From NCBI GenBank assembly GCA_015520605.1, contig WAPT01000009.1, positions 1-14,758 of the forward strand: DNA of 14,758 nucleotides, in the 5' to 3' direction. Position 1 is the stretch's first letter. Each line of letters begins with the position of its first letter. This document shows, piece by piece, positions 7,511-14,758 of the stretch. The DNA is from Nanobdellati archaeon. Its GTDB lineage: Archaea; EX4484-52; WAPT01. Position numbers and translations under genes: made by a program. The notes beneath the pieces are model-generated. The model was not told where the DNA came from. It searched no databases and saw nothing but the letters and a program-made list of their open reading frames with translations.

Positions 7511-9610
7511 ATGGGAAAAAACGAGGAAAAGGAGAAACTCAGGGAAATTGAGGAAAAGGAGAGGATGATGAAGGAAATAATAAAGAGATATAACATTGTT
7601 TCTCCGGTGGAAAAAAGGGGAGAAGCATCCACAATCTCGCTTGAGTATCGCGTTTTTAAGGAAGAAGAGTTAAGAGCAAAGATGCTCAACTTTTACGAAA
7701 AGCTCTGCAAGTCCGCACCTAATCTTAACATAACCCTATCGGAAGAATTCATGGAAAAGCTGAATACTGCGATAAGATTTACTGGTCTCAAAGTCACACC
7801 GCAGGATGTAATCTCCGCTGGCTTTTTGATGGCAATCATATCCCTTCTTTCCGTGCTCCCAACACTTTTCCTTCCAATCCCACTGTATGTGAAACTCGTG
7901 ATTATACTCTTTCCTGTCATTGTAGCATATGTAATTATGTATTACCCGCTTTATCGGGCTGCATGGATCAGAATAAGAGAGGGTAGATCACTGCTACTCG
8001 CCGTTCTTTACATGATAGTCTACATGAAGACCACTCCGAATTTTGAAGGCGCCGTTAGATTTGCTGCATCCAACCTAGAAGGAAAACTCGCCCAGGACTT
8101 AAAGGAAGTACTCTGGAAAGTTGAGGTTGGGGAATACACAACGATTGAGGATGCTCTGTTCGATTATCTTAAGGTGTGGAGTCAGTACAACAAAGAAGTT
8201 GTTGAAGCCGTCCACATGATAAGGCAGAGTTTACTTGAGCCATCGGCTGAAAGAAGAGACGCGATGCTCTCCAAAGCGATAGATCTCGTGCTTGAGGAGA
8301 TGGACGAGCAGATGAAAAAATATGTAAGGGATCTCGAAACACCAGTCGTGGTACTTCACGGATTGGGCATTCTATTGCCGGTCATGGGTATGATTGTGTT
8401 TCCGCTTGTGAGTGCTTTCATGCAGGAAGTCGGGCCCAACCTCGTGAAGGTTCTGTTTGTGGGATACGACATAATACTGCCTCTGATTGTTTTTATCTTG
8501 CTCAATCAGATTTTCATGAAAAGGCCACCTACCCACACAACCGTTGAGCTTACACAACACCCGGACTACATACCACCAGGAAAGTTTAAGATTGAGATCG
8601 TAGGCAAAAGGATTATAATTCCGGCAATCATCCCGACATTAATTGTTCTTACCATAGGTATGTATCCTGTGCTAAATATTATGCTGATAACAAACTTCTT
8701 CTTCAACGTTTCGGAAAATATGAGAACAAAAAGTATGCTCGTAAGTCTTGTCTTTACCCTTGTTCTTGCAATAAGCACAGCTATGTACTATTATCTGAGC
8801 TGTTTCCAGAAAAGGAAGCTGAGAGAGGAAATAATAGAGATGGAGAAGGAATATGAGGAAGTGCTCTTTGCCCTAGGCAACAGGCTGATGGACGATCTGC
8901 CTATAGAAAAGGCGCTCGTCAAAGCGGAGGAGGATATAAAGGGGATGAAAATAGCGAACTTTTTGAGAATAGTGATCAAAAACATGACTCAGCTAAACAT
9001 GACTTTCAAGGAGGCCATCTTCAACAACCAGTTCGGTGCCCTCAGGTACTATCCCTCAGCCCTCATCTCGGCCATAATGAAATCCATTTCGGACGCGCTA
9101 AATAAGGGTCCGAGAGCCGCAGCACTCGTGCTCCTCACCGTCGGGAGATATATCCGCAACATAAGAACGACACAGGAGAAAATAGAAGATCTTTTATCCA
9201 GCGTGGTTTCAAATCTTAAGTTTCAGGCTTATGTTTTGGTTCCCGTAATAGCGGGTGTAGTGGTTGGTGTTGCGAGGATCATTCTGGCAATCTTGGCCAA
9301 AATGTCTCAGAACATGGCTGCACTCAATCTTGGAAATGTGGAGGGCGTACCCAGCATGACGTTACCAACATTTGGGAGTGGTGCAATACCCTCCGAACTG
9401 TTGCAGATCATCGTGGGTGTTTACGTTCTGGAGGTGCTCGTGATATCTGGAGTTTTCATAGCGAGAATAGAAGCTGGCGATGACAAGATTTACGAACATG
9501 ATACCGTCTGGAAAATATTGCTTGTTGGGGTACTCCTTTACATCCTCATCTATCTGATAGTCATGGCGATCTTTGGCCCGATGGTAGGAACCGTGACTGG
9601 AGCTTCATGA
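7511..9610 (+). CDS. TadC/PilC/FlaJ-type (T2SS-F) membrane platform protein with two cytoplasmic domains (699 aa)
   Basis: Starts 6 nt after the ATPase. About nine TM segments flank two T2SSF-like helical domains (NFEGAVRFAASNLEGKLAQDLKEVLWKVEVG..IEDAL and LGNRLMDDLPIEKAL..FLRIVIKNMTQLNMTFKEAI). Confidence 0.85.
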   Translation: MGKNEEKEKLREIEEKERMMKEIIKRYNIVSPVEKRGEASTISLEYRVFKEEELRAKMLNFYEKLCKSAPNLNITLSEEFMEKLNTAIRFTGLKVTPQDVISAGFLMAIISLLSVLPTLFLPIPLYVKLVIILFPVIVAYVIMYYPLYRAAWIRIREGRSLLLAVLYMIVYMKTTPNFEGAVRFAASNLEGKLAQDLKEVLWKVEVGEYTTIEDALFDYLKVWSQYNKEVVEAVHMIRQSLLEPSAERRDAMLSKAIDLVLEEMDEQMKKYVRDLETPVVVLHGLGILLPVMGMIVFPLVSAFMQEVGPNLVKVLFVGYDIILPLIVFILLNQIFMKRPPTHTTVELTQHPDYIPPGKFKIEIVGKRIIIPAIIPTLIVLTIGMYPVLNIMLITNFFFNVSENMRTKSMLVSLVFTLVLAISTAMYYYLSCFQKRKLREEIIEMEKEYEEVLFALGNRLMDDLPIEKALVKAEEDIKGMKIANFLRIVIKNMTQLNMTFKEAIFNNQFGALRYYPSALISAIMKSISDALNKGPRAAALVLLTVGRYIRNIRTTQEKIEDLLSSVVSNLKFQAYVLVPVIAGVVVGVARIILAILAKMSQNMAALNLGNVEGVPSMTLPTFGSGAIPSELLQIIVGVYVLEVLVISGVFIARIEAGDDKIYEHDTVWKILLVGVLLYILIYLIVMAIFGPMVGTVTGAS

Positions 9611-9662
9611 TTTAAAGATGAAGAACTCCTTGAAGGTTGGGGTTAAGGAAGTAAGAGTTGGG

Positions 9663-10019
9663 TTACTTTTTCTTTCTCTTTATCATCTCAAACTCTATCT
9701 GCGTTATGGGCTCATCACTTTTGAACTCCCCATAGATTTCCTTGAGAGCTTTCTTAAGTTTAGACTTGCTTGAAAAACCGTCCTTTTTCGCGTCTTTGGG
9801 TGTTATCTCCTTAAAGGTCTTGTGTCTCACAGTCTTTATTAGAGCTTCGCCTATCACCTCGTCTCCAGCGACGACCTCAACAACATCCCCTTCCTTGTAC
9901 TTGTTCACATGACCCTTCCTTATTGTGGTTGTTTTCACACCCGATATTATGAGGTGTTTGTAATCCTCCAAGAACTTCATCCTCTTTCTCCCGTGAGGTT
10001 TGGAACTATCTTCTTCCAT
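9663..10019 (-). CDS. ASCH-domain protein, YqfB-like (putative N4-acetylcytidine amidohydrolase or RNA-binding protein)
   Basis: ASCH signature IISGVKTTTIR, then YKEGDVV, ITPKDAKKDGF, LKKALKEIY and ITQIEF, colinear with E. coli YqfB as I recall it. ATG 10019 is preferred (GGAG at 10029-10026). The ORF track gives 10031. Confidence 0.88.
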   Translation of the reverse strand: MEEDSSKPHGRKRMKFLEDYKHLIISGVKTTTIRKGHVNKYKEGDVVEVVAGDEVIGEALIKTVRHKTFKEITPKDAKKDGFSSKSKLKKALKEIYGEFKSDEPITQIEFEMIKRKKK

Positions 10020-10030
10020 GCCTAACTCCA

Positions 10031-10050
10031 TTTAAACTTAATGTTTTAAG
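10031..10050. promoter_or_regulatory. Putative overlapping divergent TATA boxes for tmcA (+) and the ASCH gene (-)
   Basis: TTTAAACT on + starts 28 nt before ATG 10059. TTAAAACA on - starts at 10049, 30 nt before ATG 10019. Confidence 0.4.
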
Positions 10051-10058
10051 ACTTTCTC

Positions 10059-12440
10059 ATGGAGCTGGAAAGACAGCTTGAGATTATCATGGAAAACGCT
10101 ATCGAGCTTAACGAGAGGAGAATGTTTGTTATATCGGGAAAGTTTAGGAGCAAAGTTGTTTGGCTAAGGAGGACGCTTAAATCTTATCTTAAAGTTACGA
10201 GGAAACTTTTGAAGAGAGAGCATGGTGAGTTAGTTTTTCTCTGGATGGGTAAGGACACGGAGGGGGAAATGAGCACAGAGGTTAAAAAAGCGCTTGATAG
10301 GGAGAATATAAGGTACGACTTCGTTAAATTCAAGGAAGCTGACACGGTGCTCGGAACGAACTACGACGGACTCATTCTCGATCTCAACGAGGGCATAGCA
10401 CCGAATGATCTTGGAAAAGTAATCGGGGTTGTGAAGGGCGGCGGCATCATCATTCTTTTAATGCCACACCTTGAAGAGTATAAGAAAATATTTACAAGGT
10501 TCCACAGGATGATCCTCGTACCTCCTTACACAGAAGAACACGTGAGGAGGGTGTTTAACAGATGGTTCGTAAAGAAGCTGCTGGAGCATGAGGGAATAAC
10601 CATAATTGAGAATTGTGTGCCGGTAAAGCTACCAAAGATAGTCAAGAGGAAGAGGAAGAAAAGGAGCAGGGATCTTGAAATTCCCGAAGATGTTGAGGTC
10701 AAGCGAGGAATTCTGAAGCTTTGCGCCACAAGAGATCAGCTGGACGGCTTGCTAAAGCTCTGGAAGTTTTTTAAGGAGGGAGAGGAGAATATATTCATTC
10801 TCACATCCCACAGGGGCAGGGGTAAATCGAGCCTTCTCGGGCTCTTCATAGCAGCGCTTGTGAGCAGGGAAAAGGCAACCGTTGTGATAACCGCCCCTGA
10901 GAGATCGAGTGTGAGGGAGCTTTACAAGTTTCTGGATCTCGGACTTAGGAGAGCCAAGATCAATGCAAGGGTGATGGAGAAGTACGACAACATGGAGGAC
11001 ATAATAATAAAGAGGACGGGCTCCAAGATAAGGTACTTTCCGCCCTACAAGCTGAGAAGGGTGAAGGCAGACCTCCTTATAATTGATGAGGCGGCTTCCA
11101 TTCCGATCTATATTCTCTTCGATGCGATGAAACGCGCCAGAAAAGTAGTACATTCCACTACAGTCCACGGATATGAAGGCTCAGGAAGAAGCTTCAACAT
11201 AATCTTTCTAAGGAGTCTCGAAGAGTCCAAAGTACCCTATGTCAAGCATGAGATGGTTGAGCCTATAAGGTACAGCGAGGACGATCCGATAGAGAACTGG
11301 CTTTTTGATGTGCTTCTGCTTGACGCCGAACCGGCAGAGATAACAAAAAAGGAAATGGAAGAGCTTGAGATCTCCAAACTCAAATACGAAAGGGTGGATA
11401 TGGAAACGCTGCCTTTTAGCGATGAGAGGAAATTAAGACAGCTTTTCGGAATATTTGTGACAGCACACTACCGAAACAACCCCAACGACTTTGGCCTGAT
11501 GTGTGATGCACCCCACCACGAGATAAGAGCGCTTACATACAACAACAAGGTTATCTGTGCTTTGCAGATAGCTAAAGAGGGAGGACTAGAAAAAGAAGCC
11601 TACGATATGTACTATGGAGATATGCCTCCGGGTCATCTCATTCCCGACAGGATGATAAAGCACTATAGGAATGTGGAGTTCGGTAAAATGGAGGGGCTGA
11701 GGGTTGTTAGGATAGCTGTGCATCCTGATTTGATGGGGAAGGGTATAGGCAGCTACATGCTCTCAAAGCTGGAGAAAGAGGCAAGACAGCACGGCGATGA
11801 TTGGGTAGGAGCAAGTTTTGGAGCTACACCGAGGCTTCTGAACTTCTGGAAGAAAAACGGCTTTGTTCCTGTTCACATGGCTCCTGCCCCAAACCCATCA
11901 ACGGGAGAGTTTTCAACCATAGTGGTCAAGCCGATAAGCAAAAAGGCAGGCGACCTTTTCTCCATGGCTAGAGGAGAGTTTATTATAAAGCTTGTGAACT
12001 CTCTGCCCGAACCATTTGATCAGGTGCCGGTTGAGCTGATTCTCGGAGTTCTTGACGATGGCATAAAGGAAAAGAAATATCTACCAAAATTAACGGATGT
12101 GCAGTGGAAAAGGTTAGCTTTTTACGCTCACAGCGTGCTAACCTTTGAAAGCGTGAGGGACTGCATGTTTGAGGTGTGCAAGGCGGTATTTTTAGCTGAT
12201 AAAAAACCGGAACTTTGCGGGGTTCACAAGCGGATTATACTTGCCAAGGTGCTGCAGGGAAAGAGCTGGGAGAAGGTGAAGGACGAGCTTGGAAAGGGAT
12301 CCATCTACTGGATGATAGAGCTGAAGGATGTGGCTAAAAAGCTTCTTACCTTTTATGGATCAAACAAGGTGAGCGAGAGGGAAATAAAGAAATTGGATGA
12401 AGTGTTCGAGAAAATCAGGGAGAAAATGAAGAATAGATGA
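10059..12440 (+). CDS. tmcA: tRNA/rRNA cytidine N4-acetyltransferase TmcA/Nat10 (793 aa)
   Basis: N-terminal LGTNYDGLILDL..PNDLGKVIGVVKGGG. Helicase motifs RGRGKSS, IIDEAA and STTVHGYEGSGRSF, then EPIRYSEDDPIENWL and AHYRNNPNDF. GNAT motifs RVVRIAVHPDLMGKGIGS and GASFG. Confidence 0.97.
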   Translation: MELERQLEIIMENAIELNERRMFVISGKFRSKVVWLRRTLKSYLKVTRKLLKREHGELVFLWMGKDTEGEMSTEVKKALDRENIRYDFVKFKEADTVLGTNYDGLILDLNEGIAPNDLGKVIGVVKGGGIIILLMPHLEEYKKIFTRFHRMILVPPYTEEHVRRVFNRWFVKKLLEHEGITIIENCVPVKLPKIVKRKRKKRSRDLEIPEDVEVKRGILKLCATRDQLDGLLKLWKFFKEGEENIFILTSHRGRGKSSLLGLFIAALVSREKATVVITAPERSSVRELYKFLDLGLRRAKINARVMEKYDNMEDIIIKRTGSKIRYFPPYKLRRVKADLLIIDEAASIPIYILFDAMKRARKVVHSTTVHGYEGSGRSFNIIFLRSLEESKVPYVKHEMVEPIRYSEDDPIENWLFDVLLLDAEPAEITKKEMEELEISKLKYERVDMETLPFSDERKLRQLFGIFVTAHYRNNPNDFGLMCDAPHHEIRALTYNNKVICALQIAKEGGLEKEAYDMYYGDMPPGHLIPDRMIKHYRNVEFGKMEGLRVVRIAVHPDLMGKGIGSYMLSKLEKEARQHGDDWVGASFGATPRLLNFWKKNGFVPVHMAPAPNPSTGEFSTIVVKPISKKAGDLFSMARGEFIIKLVNSLPEPFDQVPVELILGVLDDGIKEKKYLPKLTDVQWKRLAFYAHSVLTFESVRDCMFEVCKAVFLADKKPELCGVHKRIILAKVLQGKSWEKVKDELGKGSIYWMIELKDVAKKLLTFYGSNKVSEREIKKLDEVFEKIREKMKNR

Positions 12441-12688
12441 ATGAGGTACTATTCCCTTAAGGTGGGTGAGATCATCTGAATAGAAAATTAAGTTTCATAA
12501 AATGCAATAAACAAAAATATAAAAAATTTTGTTATTTCAAAAACTAACAATAATATACATGTTTGAAACAATTATTATAACAAAATGACAATATATTTGA
12601 AAAAAATTGGCATTGATCTTTGTGTGTGTTTTCGCATGAAACTGTTTCAAGTTAAAAATAAATAATAAACCAACTACAATTTATGAAT

Positions 12689-12722
12689 AGACTCCGGACT
12701 CCGCCCTAATGTGCGGAGTCTG
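12689..12722 (+). promoter_or_regulatory. GC-rich stem-loop in the presumed 5' UTR of the S-layer gene
   Basis: GACTCCGC (12697-12704) pairs with GCGGAGTC (12713-12720) around an 8-nt loop, extendable by G-U and C-G pairs. A tandem copy of GACTCCG lies at 12690-12696. The AGGTGA SD is at 12734-12739. Confidence 0.65.
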
Positions 12723-12746
12723 AAAAAGAAACAAGGTGAGTGAACT

Positions 12747-14758
12747 ATGCAGCTGATAAAGAAGGTAGGGGCCACACTGGTCGGTTCTTTGATGGCCAGT
12801 TCAGCCATACTGGCTGGAGCTCTGGCTGCAGACTTGAGTAGCTTCCAGAATATGACCACAGCGAACACAGTGGTGGTTGTGGGAGCAAACGCGAAGACAG
12901 CTGACGTAGTCGGGGCAATAAATGTCGCGGCTGCTCTCGCAAGACACGGAGCCGAGGCAACAGTAACGGGAGCTGGCGAGGTGACCAAGGTTACAGGGGG
13001 TATAGCTCTCGAGACTGAGAACACCAAAATATATCTCGGAGATCCTATCAACAAGGCTAAGCAGGCCTTGACAGCGGATGACTTGCCAAACCTGTTGGCG
13101 AGCGGGACAGTGGTGGATAACACAGGAACAGAATACAAATATGACCAGTACCTGTATGTAGGAAACAAGGAAGTCACATTCGGTAAACCCGACGATTTGG
13201 ATAACCCTGTAATTTACATACCTATCGGAACCGATCCGAACGCGCCACTTTACACGCTGAAAGTAGTGTTCAATGATGAGATCAACTTCAACAACACGGA
13301 TGTGCAGGGCAACACAATAAAACTCTTCGGCAAGGAGTTCACGATAGGGCAGGGTTCAACAAACACAAACATAATCCTTTACGAAGCATCTCAGGAAGTT
13401 ACTGTGGGTGCCGGTGAGGAAACAACGGTCTCTATCAATGGTAACGACTACAAAATAGATGTTGTAGGTATCTCCCCTGACGCACAGAGCGCGACAATAG
13501 AGATCAACGGAAAGACCTACACAAAGAGTGAGGGAGAAGATGTAGTTATAGGAGACACAGTCTTCCATGTGAAGGAGATCAATCTTTACGAGGTGCCAGA
13601 GAAAACAGGTAATGTCGTGCTGACAATAGGAAGCAAGAAGATTGTGCTGGCTGACGGAGAACCTGTTAAAATCGGTAAGGATGAAAACCCTGTCGACGGA
13701 ACAATGGTCGACATAACTCTAGGTAGTGACGGTGCAGTTTCAACTATAGAAATAAAGGTCGCGGCACAGGATACGGACAGTGACTTCATGAAAGCGGGAG
13801 GAGAGTTCGTAGATCCGGTCTTCGGATTTAAGGTCAAGCTCAAATCCGTGGATCTGAAGGCGAACAGGGATGTGATAGCTGTAGCAACATCCGGCGACAA
13901 GGTAGCTACAGTGAAGGTAACCGACAAAAAAGGAGACACAAAGACAATTGAGTGGGCTTACGATAATTCAGGCACTTTGAGCCTCGCTGATGGGGACCAG
14001 AACCCGATAGCAGTTTACGAGGGAGAAAAAGTACCTGAGAAGGGCTACTTGATGATAACTCAGGGTGGATTCACGCACCTGCTGAAGGTCACGGACATAT
14101 CTGCTGACGACGACGGTATTCAAGATGATAAAGTAACACTGCAGGACGTGTTCACTGGCACTACCTATGATGTTAAACTGACAGGAGACACCACAGCGGG
14201 CGATGAAACACCATTGACTGGTACAAAAGTAATCGATGGATACACATACAATTTCACAGCTTACGATACAAATGACGATGGTATTTACGATGTTATTTCA
14301 GTTATATGGAACCCCGCAAACGAAACGGTGGTGTACCCAGCAATCGAACTGAAGAACGGTGAGAAGATAGCGTTTGTTAAACCAGCCAAGGATGTCGTTT
14401 CGCTAACAGTGGGTGGAAACGACGAGACGCTAGTGTTGCCGACCGGTGATGCAAAAGTGACTTACACCGACAACGGTACCGCGATCACTGATGTATATGT
14501 GAACGGAAATGAACTTACACTTGGTAGCAGCACTTCGGTAAATGTTGGTGGTGTGTACTACGCATTTACTTGTGGTCCCGCAGGAACAACAGTTACCTGT
14601 GATGTGAATTTAAACAAGTATGAAAACACTACTGCAGCACCTCTTGGCAAACCGGCAATCTTGATGATAGAAGCGAAAGACAACAATGGTAACCAGGGTG
14701 TTATCGCAGTATATGCGGACGATGACAGCGGGAAGATAACCGTAGATAATGTGCTCAT
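12747..14758 (+). CDS. S-layer protein, 5' part (at least 670 aa, runs off the window; absent from the ORF track)
   Basis: Translated by hand with no stop to the window end. AGGTGA SD. Sec signal MQLIKKVGATLVGSLMASSAILAGALA/ADL. VVVGANAKTADVVGAINVAAAL matches the S_layer_N-type motif of Methanococcales/Thermococcales-like S-layer proteins. Rich in T/D/V/G beta-strands, with several N-x-T sequons. Confidence 0.9.
   Translation, partial: MQLIKKVGATLVGSLMASSAILAGALAADLSSFQNMTTANTVVVVGANAKTADVVGAINVAAALARHGAEATVTGAGEVTKVTGGIALETENTKIYLGDPINKAKQALTADDLPNLLASGTVVDNTGTEYKYDQYLYVGNKEVTFGKPDDLDNPVIYIPIGTDPNAPLYTLKVVFNDEINFNNTDVQGNTIKLFGKEFTIGQGSTNTNIILYEASQEVTVGAGEETTVSINGNDYKIDVVGISPDAQSATIEINGKTYTKSEGEDVVIGDTVFHVKEINLYEVPEKTGNVVLTIGSKKIVLADGEPVKIGKDENPVDGTMVDITLGSDGAVSTIEIKVAAQDTDSDFMKAGGEFVDPVFGFKVKLKSVDLKANRDVIAVATSGDKVATVKVTDKKGDTKTIEWAYDNSGTLSLADGDQNPIAVYEGEKVPEKGYLMITQGGFTHLLKVTDISADDDGIQDDKVTLQDVFTGTTYDVKLTGDTTAGDETPLTGTKVIDGYTYNFTAYDTNDDGIYDVISVIWNPANETVVYPAIELKNGEKIAFVKPAKDVVSLTVGGNDETLVLPTGDAKVTYTDNGTAITDVYVNGNELTLGSSTSVNVGGVYYAFTCGPAGTTVTCDVNLNKYENTTAAPLGKPAILMIEAKDNNGNQGVIAVYADDDSGKITVDNVL

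Noticed and set aside
5480-8985. Minus-strand ORFs inside the ATPase and TadC genes, including the 271-aa ORF at 5480-6295
   Set aside because: These are antisense shadows of well-supported genes and have no motifs. The same applies to 107-514, 295-483, 1734-2015, 2325-2642, the short ORFs within 4063-4970, and 10526-11168.
5216-9610. Archaellum motor genes flaI/flaJ
   Set aside because: Same superfamilies, but no archaellin or flaH/F/G genes are nearby and the ATPase has an atypical long N-terminus. No gene symbols were assigned.
12674-14758. Five minus-strand ORFs at the right end
   Set aside because: They are antisense to the continuous + strand S-layer frame starting at 12747.
1-14758. 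CRISPR arrays, tRNA/rRNA genes, IS elements or integrases, inteins
   Set aside because: No regularly spaced repeats, cloverleaf structures or transposase/integrase motifs were seen. The ATPase and TmcA motifs are uninterrupted.

Overview
Archaeal chromosomal window, based on GGTGA/GGAGGT Shine-Dalgarno sites, BRE-TATA promoters, apparently leaderless genes and an archaeal-type S-layer gene. Gene content and E/K-rich proteins suggest a thermophilic DPANN-type lineage, which is an inference. From left to right: an AT-rich charged helical orphan gene (228-1220); four tandem paralogous ~5-TM small membrane proteins (1723-3834); two translationally coupled coiled-coil genes on the minus strand (3871-5116); and, divergent from those, a type II/IV secretion (PilB/FlaI/VirB11-family) ATPase with a long Cys-containing N-terminal extension plus a two-domain TadC/FlaJ-type membrane platform (5216-9610). 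Next come a YqfB-like ASCH protein head-to-head with the TmcA/Nat10 ac4C acetyltransferase (9663-12440) and the 5' part of an S-layer protein gene that the ORF track missed (12747 to the window end). The two best candidates for undescribed biology are a type IV pilus-like motor locus that has tandem polytopic membrane paralogs and coiled-coil partners but no recognisable pilins, and an ac4C 'writer' paired with a putative ac4C hydrolase on overlapping divergent promoters. No RNA genes, CRISPR arrays or transposases were seen. All family assignments are from motif recognition, not from database searches.
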